Made by a program: the position numbers and the translations under genes. A stretch of DNA of 33,165 nt from an uncultured Verrucomicrobiales bacterium (GTDB lineage Bacteria; Verrucomicrobiota; Verrucomicrobiia; Verrucomicrobiales; DEV007): the NCBI GenBank assembly GCA_938091905.1, contig CALKOM010000102.1, forward strand, positions 1-33,165, in the 5' to 3' direction. The notes beneath the pieces are model-generated. The model was not told the DNA's origin, did not search any database, and saw only the letters and a program-made list of their open reading frames with translations. Shown here in pieces: positions 17,764 through 27,200 of the stretch (positions within the stretch are counted from its first letter, which is position 1; each line of letters begins with the position of its first letter).

Positions 17764-19104
17764 ATGCACTCTTTTTCCGTGGTGGTTCTGATCTCGATTC
17801 TGGCAGCCCAAGGGGGGGGCGCGAAACCTAATATCATTTTTATCATGGCGGATGATATGGGCTATGCGGATGCGGGATGTTACGGTGGGAAACATATCCA
17901 AACTCCTAACATCGATCGTATGGCGATTGAAGGGATAAGATTTACGCAGTGTTATTCAGGAGCACCGGTATGTGCGCCGGCGCGATCTGTTTTACTGACG
18001 GGATTGCACACGGGGCACACGCGTGTCCGAGGTAACTTTGGGAAAGGTGGTGTAATCGGGCTTGGTGGCGGTGAAGGGAGGGTACCATTGGAGGTAGAGG
18101 ACGTGACAGTGGCAGAGATTCTGAAGACGGCTGGTTATGTTACTGGGATCACGGGTAAGTGGGGGCTAGGAGAACCTGAGACGAGCGGAACGCCTAACAA
18201 GCAAGGGTTTGATGAGTGGTTTGGTTACCTCAACCAACGAAAGGCCCATTCCTACTACCCTGAGTTTATCTGGTTGAATGAAGCAAAGTTTGATCTGCCT
18301 GGAAATGACGATGGGCAGAGGCAGCAGTACACGCACGATTTGTTTACTGGCTTTGCTCTAAACTTTATCCGACGGAACCAGGAGAAGCCTTTCTTCCTTT
18401 ACGTGCCTTACGCTGTGCCTCATACGAAGTTTGAAGTGCCAGATTTGGGCCCCTACACGGACAAGGATTGGAATGAAGATGAGAAGGTCTATGCTACGAT
18501 GATCACGCGAATGGACCGTGATGTAGGGAAGATGCTATCGCTACTCAAAGAGTGTGGTATCGATGAAAACACGGTGGTCTTCTTCTGTTCTGACAATGGT
18601 GCGGCCAATCGCTACGATCATTTGTTTAAAAGTTCCGGTGTACTACGGGGGAGGAAACGCGACATGACGGAAGGAGGGATTCGGACGCCGATGGTGGTTC
18701 GATGGCCTGGAGAGATTGCTGCTGGTAGCGAGAATGATAGTCCTTGGAGCTTTGCCGATTTCCTGGTGACGGCAGCGGATCTTGCAGGGGCGGAGGTGTC
18801 TGGTCCAACGGATGGGGTGAGTGTGGTGCCCACTTTGAAAGGACAATCGCAGCTGGAACTACGAGACCGCATGCTCTACTGGGAGTTCTTTGAGAATGGA
18901 TTCAAGCAGGCGGCTCGGAGAGGGGAATGGAAAGTGATCCGATCAGCGCCAGGAGCGGCTCTTGAACTGTATCATTTGGGTGAGGATCCAGGTGAAGGCA
19001 GGGACCTTGCGAAGGAGCATCCAGATGTGATTCAAGACTTTCAACGTGATCTTGCCGTTGCTCGTCGGCCTTCGAAGGAATGGCCGAGTCCGGTAGACGA
19101 CTAA
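17764..19104 (+). CDS. Arylsulfatase (Cys-type, family S1), secreted
   Basis: Signal-like N-terminus, PNIIFIMADDMG, CAPARSVLLTG (CxPxR), GKWGLG, SDNG, EGGIRTP. Confidence 0.95.
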   Translation: MHSFSVVVLISILAAQGGGAKPNIIFIMADDMGYADAGCYGGKHIQTPNIDRMAIEGIRFTQCYSGAPVCAPARSVLLTGLHTGHTRVRGNFGKGGVIGLGGGEGRVPLEVEDVTVAEILKTAGYVTGITGKWGLGEPETSGTPNKQGFDEWFGYLNQRKAHSYYPEFIWLNEAKFDLPGNDDGQRQQYTHDLFTGFALNFIRRNQEKPFFLYVPYAVPHTKFEVPDLGPYTDKDWNEDEKVYATMITRMDRDVGKMLSLLKECGIDENTVVFFCSDNGAANRYDHLFKSSGVLRGRKRDMTEGGIRTPMVVRWPGEIAAGSENDSPWSFADFLVTAADLAGAEVSGPTDGVSVVPTLKGQSQLELRDRMLYWEFFENGFKQAARRGEWKVIRSAPGAALELYHLGEDPGEGRDLAKEHPDVIQDFQRDLAVARRPSKEWPSPVDD

Positions 19105-19153
19105 TTTGCGTGACGAGATCGCGGGCCCGTGTAAAGGGTCGCTTCTCATGCTG

Positions 19154-20248
19154 ATGACAGAGCCGTACAGAAAGATCCCGATCACCCAGCTTTCGCGTGC
19201 GGAGCTTGAGGCTGTCCTGGTGGAGTGGGGCGAGCGCCCTTTCCGCGTGAAGCAGATTCTAAAGTGGGTGTATGAGAAGAGAATAGAATCATTTGAGGAA
19301 ATGACGGATCTTGGCCCATCATTGCGCGAGGCTTTGGCTGCGAATTACTCGCTTGGTGAGATGGAGTTGGTCCGGCGGCAAGGATCTGAAGACACCACGC
19401 AGAAACTGCTCTTTCGTCTTTCTGATAAACGATTGATTGAGTGCGTGCTTATACCGGCCTCCATTGCCTTTGATGGAGAGCGCTCAGACCGACAGACGCT
19501 TTGCGTTTCGAGCCAGGTTGGCTGCGCCTATGACTGCAAGTTTTGTGCAAGTGGCCTAGCAGGGTTTACGAGGAACTTGACCAGCAGTGAGATTGTGGAG
19601 CAGGTCATGCAGACAGAGGCCCTTTCGGGCAAGCGAGTGAACAACCTCGTGTTCATGGGAATGGGCGAGCCGCTGGCGAACCTAACCAATCTGCTGCGAG
19701 CAACTGAGATCATCAACGAGCCCTGGGGTATCGGGATCGGTGCGCGCCACCTGACCGTTTCGACAAGTGGGCTTGCGCCGCAGATCATGAAGCTGGCGGA
19801 TCAGCCGTTGCAACTCCGCCTTGCCGTGTCACTCCATGGGGCCACCGATGAAGTGCGTGATCGTATCATGCCGGTGAATCGTAAGTATCCGTTAGAACGT
19901 CTCTTCGAAGCGCTGCGATATTATCGCGAGAAGAAGAAGCAGCGTATCACGTTTGAGTATATTTTGATCGAGGATGTGAACGATGCGTTAGAGCAAGCGC
20001 GCGTGTTAGCAGAACGAGCGAAGCTCGTGAATGCCAAAGTCAATTTGATCCCCTACAACACGGTTGATGGACTGCCATGGAAGCGACCGTCAGAGGCTCA
20101 TCAGGACGCGTTTCTTGCTGTGCTGAAGAAAGCTGGATGTGTGGCGACTCTTCGACGGGAGAAGGGGCACGACATCGAGGCCGCTTGCGGTCAGCTTCGC
20201 TTGCGGGAGGAGGCCAAACTTACTGATCCTTCGCCACAATCGTCGTGA
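19154..20248 (+). CDS. rlmN: 23S rRNA m2A2503 / tRNA m2A37 methyltransferase (radical SAM)
   Basis: CVSSQVGCAYDCKFCAS, MGMGEP, LAVSLH, VNLIPYN, AACGQL. The exact start (19148 or 19154) is uncertain. Confidence 0.96.
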   Translation: MTEPYRKIPITQLSRAELEAVLVEWGERPFRVKQILKWVYEKRIESFEEMTDLGPSLREALAANYSLGEMELVRRQGSEDTTQKLLFRLSDKRLIECVLIPASIAFDGERSDRQTLCVSSQVGCAYDCKFCASGLAGFTRNLTSSEIVEQVMQTEALSGKRVNNLVFMGMGEPLANLTNLLRATEIINEPWGIGIGARHLTVSTSGLAPQIMKLADQPLQLRLAVSLHGATDEVRDRIMPVNRKYPLERLFEALRYYREKKKQRITFEYILIEDVNDALEQARVLAERAKLVNAKVNLIPYNTVDGLPWKRPSEAHQDAFLAVLKKAGCVATLRREKGHDIEAACGQLRLREEAKLTDPSPQSS

Positions 20249-21161
20249 CCACGGGGCGGTGATCGCTCGCCGTGAACCAGACGGGGTCAGCCACGACGAA
20301 GCTGCGATCGCGATCGATTTCTTTGACGAGTGGTTTGTTCGCGAAGAGGAAGTCGAAGCGAGAATACTGGTCCGCGTAGCTCCAGCAGTAGGTCCATTTG
20401 TAGCCGAGATCATCGGCAGCCTGGATGTCCTTAAGATAGCCGGCAGTGCCATATTTGCCCTGAATCGCCTTGATCGGAATCTCGTTTCGGGTGTCGTTGA
20501 AGTCGCCGAACACGATAAGATTCGTCTCTGGTGCTGCCTTCATGATTGCCTCGGTGTGCTTACGTAAGAGGTGCGCTTCGTTGCGCCGCATCAAGGCCTG
20601 ATCGGCTTCATCCACTGGGCGCTTAGATTTCAAGTGAACACCAAGCACGCGCAATTGATAGTCCGGATTTACTTGGATGGTGGCATCAAAGATTCCTCGG
20701 CGGAACTGAAAGCGTTGCTCATCTAATTGGTATCCCAAGGCCGTCTGGTGGTTTGTCGAAACGATAGGAAACTTGCTGATCAAGGCGATGCGTCTAACAT
20801 CGTCATAGGCGCGAATGATTTCCGCGTGGGGAAGATCGAGCCCCTTTGCTTCGAGGCGACTCTGCAAATCCTGCACCTCGTTCATAGTCCCGATCTCGAC
20901 AAGGCCAACCGCGTCAGGCTTGCCTTTCAAGATCATCGTGACGATACCCTCGACCTCGCGCTCTGGTTTGGGGGTGTCCTCCTTGGATTCGCCGTCAACT
21001 CGGCGCTTCATCTTGAGGTAGTTCTTGAGATTGTATCCCATGAACACAATCTCCTCGGCGCTCGCTGCTGTCGCGGTCGAGTCTTCCTGGGCGAAGGAGG
21101 AGCCGATCCCGAGAAACGAAACCGCTAGTGCCAGAAAGAGGCTAGCTCTTCTTGTCGTCAT
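20220..21161 (-). CDS. Exported endonuclease/exonuclease/phosphatase (EEP) family protein
   Basis: Signal peptide MTTRRASLFLALAVSFLGIGSSFA. Motifs YNLKNY, GLVEIG, VHLKS, GDFND, FDFLF, SDHRPV. Confidence 0.9.
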   Translation of the reverse strand: MTTRRASLFLALAVSFLGIGSSFAQEDSTATAASAEEIVFMGYNLKNYLKMKRRVDGESKEDTPKPEREVEGIVTMILKGKPDAVGLVEIGTMNEVQDLQSRLEAKGLDLPHAEIIRAYDDVRRIALISKFPIVSTNHQTALGYQLDEQRFQFRRGIFDATIQVNPDYQLRVLGVHLKSKRPVDEADQALMRRNEAHLLRKHTEAIMKAAPETNLIVFGDFNDTRNEIPIKAIQGKYGTAGYLKDIQAADDLGYKWTYCWSYADQYSRFDFLFANKPLVKEIDRDRSFVVADPVWFTASDHRPVVTTIVAKDQ

Positions 21162-21360
21162 CAAGATCAATGTCTTCCTGGGCACGCTTGATCTCGTCTT
21201 CGAACTCGTTTCGAGCTTTCTTGAACTCCCCCATGCTCTTGCCGACGCCCCTTGCTAATTGAGGAAGCTTCTTCGCCCCGAAAAGGAGGAGAACGAGCAC
21301 GAAGATCAGAATACCTTCTGAGGGACCCAGGTTAGGAATGATTCCGAGAATGGTTGTCAT
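21142..21360 (-). CDS. tatA: Twin-arginine translocase TatA/E subunit (copy 2)
   Basis: LGPSE…LLLFGAKKLPQLARGVGKSMGEFKKA. Confidence 0.93.
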   Translation of the reverse strand: MTTILGIIPNLGPSEGILIFVLVLLLFGAKKLPQLARGVGKSMGEFKKARNEFEDEIKRAQEDIDLDDDKKS

Positions 21361-21403
21361 AAGCCGAGATTAGGCGGTTTCAGACGGCGTGCAATGGGAT
21401 CTT

Positions 21404-21601
21404 TCAGGCGTCCTTATTCGCTTCTTCTTCGCCCTTGGCGACCTCGTCTTCGAAGTCTTCGCGAGCTTTCTTGAATTCACCCATGCTTTTTCCCATGCCA
21501 CGTGCGAGTTCAGGGAGTTTCTTAGCTCCGAAAAGGAGAAGGAGCACGCCCATGATGATCCAAAGTTCTGAAGGGCCGAGCATTGCAAGGGTGAAGGTCA
21601 T
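21404..21601 (-). CDS. tatA: Twin-arginine translocase TatA/E subunit (copy 1)
   Basis: LGPSE…LLLFGAKKLPELARGMGKSMGEFKKA. Confidence 0.93.
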   Translation of the reverse strand: MTFTLAMLGPSELWIIMGVLLLLFGAKKLPELARGMGKSMGEFKKAREDFEDEVAKGEEEANKDA

Positions 21602-21679
21602 CCTTGATCCTAAGGGATCTCACCGAGCGGTGCAATGGAAACTCGCGCTCTCGAGAATCGCGTCGTAGAGAGACCGTTC

Positions 21680-24205
21680 ATGGCTTCTGAACTTCCCATC
21701 GAGGACCTACGAGTTGCTTTACAAACCGCTGCTGCCCGGCCTGGGGGGGCGATTGTCGTCCAAGCACCGACAGGGTCTGGAAAGTCGACCCAGGTGCCTC
21801 AGATCCTCTTGGATGGCGGGCTTGAAGGGGAGATTGTGGTGCTTCAGCCGCGCCGCATTGCCGCCCGGATGCTCGCGACGCGCGTCGCCTTCGAGCGTGG
21901 GAGCAAGGTCGGGGAGGAGATTGGCTATCAGGTTCGATTTGAACGATTGATCGGACCGAAGACGCGCGTCCGGTTTCTTACAGAGGGGGTGCTGCTTCGC
22001 CAAATGTTGAGTGATCCTGATTTGAAGAACGTGGATGCTGTCGTGTTCGACGAATTTCACGAACGGCATCTCGATGCCGATATTGGCTTGGCGCGTTGTC
22101 GGCAGCTTCAGCAGACCACGCGGCCAGATCTTCGGCTCATTGTGATGTCGGCGACCTTGGAAACCGAGGGGCTGATGGACTTTCTGGAACCGTGTGAACT
22201 TCTCGAGTCCGAAGGGCGAACGTTCCCGGTGGATATCCAATACCGACCGCAGGGTGGCCGGGACATGCCCCTTTGGGAAAAGATGACGAGGGCAGCGCGC
22301 GGCGTGGCCTCAGACGAGGGGATCCAAGGGCACTTTCTCATGTTTCTGCCGGGCGGCTTCGAGATACGCAAGACGGTCGATAGCCTTCAGCGTGAGAAAT
22401 GGGCCAGGGGCATGGATATCCTGCCCCTCTATGGTGATCTCCCGCCGCAGCAACAGGATGCTGCCGTGAATCCAAGTGCCCGTCCGAAGATCATCGTCGC
22501 GACGAACGTGGCGGAGACGTCGCTGACCATCGATGGTGTGCGTGTGGTCATTGATAGTGGACTCGCTCGCTTGGCGAAGTTTGATCCTATCCGAGGCATC
22601 AACACGTTGACGGTCGAATCGGTCTCCCAGGCATCTGCGGATCAACGCGCGGGCCGTGCTGGACGAACCGCTCCTGGTATCTGTGTGAGGCTGTGGAATG
22701 AGGCGCATCATCGGGCGCGACCTCCTCAAGAAGCTCCCGAGATTCATCGGCTCGACCTGGCAGAGACCTTACTTCATTTGAAGAAGATGGGACTGACCGA
22801 TCTTGAGGCGTTCCCATGGTTCGAGCGACCAAATCCGATGGCCATGGCCAATGGTATGCGTTTGTTAGAAAGTTTAGGTGCGCTCAGTAAGGAGACGGGT
22901 GGGATCACCGATATCGGTCGTCGGATGGCCGACTTCCCGGTGAGCCCGCGCTATGGTCGCTTGCTTGTCGAGGCTGAGCAACGTGATGATGCACACGCCT
23001 GGGTGCCGGCATGTTTGCTCGTTTCACTGGCGCAATCACGACCATTGTTTCCCAAAGGCAAAGCTGGCGAATCGGCTCGGCAGCGATTCATCGAACGCGG
23101 GGACGAGTCGGATTTGCTTCCGCTCATTCGTGGGTATCAAGCCGCATCTGCTGCGAGATTTCGGGTGGATCGCTGTCGTGAACTCGGTGTCCACGCAGGT
23201 GCCGCCCGGGAAGTGGAGCGCCTCCTGCGCATGCTCGTGCGACGCGGTGGGTATCAGGACATTCCTGAGCAGAACCTGCATTGTCCGATGGCTGATTTGC
23301 TCTTGCCTGCCTTTCCGGACCAGATTGCGGTGCGCCACGGAGTGGGAAGCAAGGTCTTCGACGTGGCGGGAGGTCGACGCGGTAAGCTGGGGAATGATAG
23401 CGTGATTGCCAGTCAGGCGAAGCTGGTGGTGGCGGGTGAACTCATCGAGATTGAGGGCAAGGATCTGCAGGTGCTCCTGGGCATGGCCACAGCCGTGACT
23501 GAAGAGGATTTGTTACGCCACTTTCCGAATGACCTTCATGAGCAAGCGGGGGCAAGGTATGACACTAGCAATCGTCGTGTCGTGGCAGAATCGCGGCGTT
23601 GCTTTCGTGACCTTGTCCTGGATTCTCGCCAGATGGGGGAGCCGCCGGAGGAGGAATCGGCTCAGCTACTAGCCGAGCAAGTGGCTGAAGGGAATCTCAA
23701 GTTGAAGCTGTGGAATCACGCGGTGGAAAGTTGGCTCGCACGCGTGGCGGTTGTTCGCGAAGCCATGCCAGAGTTGGAGATCCCTGAGTTTAGCGATGAG
23801 GATCGTTTGCTAGTCCTAACGGAGATTTGTCGTGGGGGCTTTACCTACAAACAGATCAAGGACAGGCATGTCTTGCCAGTAGTCAAACAGTGGCTTTCTG
23901 AGCCTTTGCAAGCTGCGGTGAAAAGTTATGCTCCAGAGGAAGTGACGCTTACGAATGGGATGAATGTCAAGATCGATTACGTGACCGATCCTGAGCCAAC
24001 GATTAAAGTCATTCTTCAGCGTCTCTACGATGTGGTAGAAACGCCGACCATCTGTGATCGGCGAGTCACCCTGAAAGTTCAGATCTTGGCTCCGAATCAA
24101 CGGCCTGCGCAGGTGACCCGAGATCTCAAGGGCTTTTGGGAAAATAGTTATGCCGGAGTGCGGTCCGAGTTGAAAGGACGCTATCCCAAGCACGAATGGC
24201 GCTAG
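21680..24205 (+). CDS. hrpB: ATP-dependent RNA helicase HrpB
   Basis: APTGSGKST, QPRRIAAR, DEFH, MSAT, TNVAETSLTI, QRAGRAGR and the HrpB C-terminus ELKGRYPKHEW. Start placed at ATG 21680. Confidence 0.95.
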   Translation: MASELPIEDLRVALQTAAARPGGAIVVQAPTGSGKSTQVPQILLDGGLEGEIVVLQPRRIAARMLATRVAFERGSKVGEEIGYQVRFERLIGPKTRVRFLTEGVLLRQMLSDPDLKNVDAVVFDEFHERHLDADIGLARCRQLQQTTRPDLRLIVMSATLETEGLMDFLEPCELLESEGRTFPVDIQYRPQGGRDMPLWEKMTRAARGVASDEGIQGHFLMFLPGGFEIRKTVDSLQREKWARGMDILPLYGDLPPQQQDAAVNPSARPKIIVATNVAETSLTIDGVRVVIDSGLARLAKFDPIRGINTLTVESVSQASADQRAGRAGRTAPGICVRLWNEAHHRARPPQEAPEIHRLDLAETLLHLKKMGLTDLEAFPWFERPNPMAMANGMRLLESLGALSKETGGITDIGRRMADFPVSPRYGRLLVEAEQRDDAHAWVPACLLVSLAQSRPLFPKGKAGESARQRFIERGDESDLLPLIRGYQAASAARFRVDRCRELGVHAGAAREVERLLRMLVRRGGYQDIPEQNLHCPMADLLLPAFPDQIAVRHGVGSKVFDVAGGRRGKLGNDSVIASQAKLVVAGELIEIEGKDLQVLLGMATAVTEEDLLRHFPNDLHEQAGARYDTSNRRVVAESRRCFRDLVLDSRQMGEPPEEESAQLLAEQVAEGNLKLKLWNHAVESWLARVAVVREAMPELEIPEFSDEDRLLVLTEICRGGFTYKQIKDRHVLPVVKQWLSEPLQAAVKSYAPEEVTLTNGMNVKIDYVTDPEPTIKVILQRLYDVVETPTICDRRVTLKVQILAPNQRPAQVTRDLKGFWENSYAGVRSELKGRYPKHEWR

Positions 24206-24221
24206 CGTTGTGTCTTGAAAC

Positions 24222-24257
24222 GAGAAAAGCGTGAGGCCCGAAGACCTCACGCTTTCC
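24222..24257 (-). terminator. Rho-independent terminator with C(UUCG)G tetraloop, probably bidirectional
   Basis: Minus strand GCGTGAGGTC-TTCG-GGCCTCACGC-TTTT, between convergent hrpB and the LamG gene. Confidence 0.85.
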
Positions 24258-24282
24258 CTTACAGCTTGTTTGAGATGTACGG

Positions 24283-27200
24283 CTACTTTTGAACGGCGCG
24301 GTAGTAGCCAGCTGCTCTGCCTTGGCGAGCAGCATCTGTGTCTTCGTAATTCACTTCACCGGAGAGGTCCATTGCGACGATTGACCAATCAATGAGGTCC
24401 TCTGAATACTGAATATCATAGGTCTTGCCAGCAAGCCCTGTGAAGGATAGGCCCGTGCTGTTGGGGCCAGAGATCACCGTTCCGATGACGGGAACATCGT
24501 CTGATGTTGGAGGATTGCCACCACCACCACCACCGCCACCGGTGACGAAGACGGCATCAACGTTGTTGAAGTTATTCAACGCGATGCGGATCTGATAGGT
24601 GCCAGCCGTGAGGCTCACCGATTCCTGGCCTGAAAGCCAGATCTCCGATGGGGTAGGCTCCCCTGACGTGTCCACGGAGACTTCAGGCGATAGCAGGTTC
24701 TCGCCGGCCGCATCGTAGATGCCCACGGTCGACGGCGTGGAACCATCGTGCCCCTCACGGTTGGCGAACGAAGCTCCGAATGTGACATCAGAGTCCGACG
24801 ATAGCGTGAATTCCTGGAACATTTCAAAGACCCCATTGAGATCGATGATCTGTGAACCATCGGCCGCGTTGTCTACGCCGCTGCCGTAAGCCGAACCATC
24901 ATTTCGGATCAGGTTCCAAGTGGCATCTGGCCCTGTTTGAGACCAGCCCGTCGGAACTGTCCCCAAGTTGTTGGTGTTTATGTTATCGAGGGCCGGCTCT
25001 TCGAAGGATCCGTTGATGAGGAGATTAGGACCGCCACCAACTTTGTAGCGTCCTCCCGAAGCCATGTAAGTGATTTCACCAACGTCGAGCGCTTCGTTAA
25101 AGATGGCAAAGTCGTCGAGCAGACCCGCCATGCTTTCGCTGCCGTCTGTGCCGCTTCCAATCCAGAGCTCAGTGAAGTCCGTAGGCAATGGCGCGTCATT
25201 GGCTCCTTCGATTTGTTCGACTCCATCGACAAAGATTTTCTTCACCGGACCGTTTTTGGTAAAAGCGATGTGGTGCCATTGGAGGTAGTCGACATCGACC
25301 CCTACATTCGTTCGTTGTGTGCCATCACAACAGCCTGCGGTGTCGTAGTAGAAATTCCGGTCTCCCCATGGAGTGTGGACGGAGATGCCCCTCTCTCCGC
25401 CACTCGAGATAGGGGATCGTCCTTTAAAAGTGGTTTGATTCACCACTGTGCGAAGCTTTTGCCAGTAGGTGATGGTGAGCGCATCTTCCGTGGCCAAGGC
25501 ATTGAAGAAGTCGGTGTCAGGAACGAGCATTGACTGACCTCCTTGATCGGACCCGAGATCGAGGGCCGCACCTGTGACACCGTCGCTTGAACTAGAGATC
25601 TCAGCTCCACCTCTCAGTTCGCCTTCGAACCCTCCGACATCACTGGTTGTTCCTTCGTTGAAAGACCAGAAAGCTACCAAGCTTTCGGGCGGATCTGGAA
25701 GCGCTCCCGGGCTGGCTGGGTCGAGAGGATCGGAGCCCTGGGCGACTTCATAGCCATCAGGGAACTCGTCACCGTCAGTATCTGTACTGGTTGGAGAGGT
25801 GCCTCGAGCCTTCTCATCTCCGTCAGTGAGTCCATCGCCATCGGTGTCCGGCGAGTTGGGATCGGAAGCATCCGCAACCTCTTGGCCATCATTCACCGTA
25901 TCGCCGTCGGTATCCGCAACCGTTGGATTGGTTCGTGCAGCCTCCTCATCAATATTGGAGAGGTCGTCTCCATCGGCGTCTTCCTCTGCTGCGTGAGAGA
26001 GGTCACCGAAGAAACCAATCTCCCAAAAGTCACTCATACCATCGCCGTCGGAATCTGCGCTTGGCGTTCCAAAACCTGGCAGAAGCACGAAGTTGCCCGC
26101 GTCGAAAGTCTCGACCGAGCCGAGCTCGGTGTTGACGAATAGCTCGACTTGAGCTCCACCACCACGTTCGTAGAAGAACATCTCGATGTCGTGTTCCCCT
26201 TCGGTGAGGTCGACCGAGCCAAAGACATCTTGAGAGCCGTGTGTTCCCGGGTCTTCAGCAACCAGCGTTCCGTCAATCAAGAGCTGATTTCCATCGTCAG
26301 AATTCATCCCAAACGTGCGAACACCAGCCTCGGTGATTTTGATTTTTCCGGTCACGTGAATGCCAAAGTCATCGCGCCCGCCAAAGTTGTCCCACAAGGC
26401 GAATGGGACTTCATCATTGGCGAAGTTGCCCTGCGCGTTGTCACGGAAGTTGACATAGGTGAAGTTACCCGCCACTTCTTCGGAGATCTGTGATTGATCT
26501 TCCAGGGCGTCCTTAAACGCTTCCATGCTACCAAAGGCAGTGCCAGCGCTGGCCTTCACCGTTCGAACAAGAAACTCACCCAATGTGTTTTCAGCGTCTA
26601 GCGGGTCTGCTCCGAAGATACTTTCCGCGCCGTCGTTACCACCATCACCATCGGTGTCCGCTAGCAATGGATCGGTCTTCGTGTCATTGACTTCCTGCCC
26701 GTCATTGAGACCATCACCATCGGTGTCGGCGACCAGTGGGTCGGTATTGTGTTCGTTGGCCTCTGCGTCGTCCGTGAGACCGTCCAAGTCAGTGTCAATC
26801 TCGCCCACGGGCACCAAAGGCTGACCTGGATTGGCGATGAGAAAGGCAATCTGAGCTTCATCGAGAACGAGATCATAAACCTGGACGTCATCGAGCGTGC
26901 CATCAAATGGGAGCGCACCTTCGCCGAAAGCTCCAAGATAGAACTCTCCGGTGCCTTCAAATGTATCGACGTCACTTGAAGCGACCTCAGCGCCATCAAC
27001 GAAGATGGTTCCTGTTTGGGAAGCTGAATCGTACGACATTGCTACATGATAGGTAGTGCCAGCTTGTAGCCCAAGTCCCTCGGTGAAGAAGAGTGCATCG
27101 GCGACACCGTCAGCCTCACCGAACCACACCAATTCACCATTGCCCTCAAGAAGGCCAAAGACAGGAGTGTCTTCGCCTTTGGCGAACACGGTTCGGAAAT

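Noticed and set aside
25720..26800. Recurrent CCGTCGCCATC-like nucleotide motifs as a DNA repeat element
   Set aside because: Explained by DxDGDG calcium-binding peptide repeats in the LamG protein.
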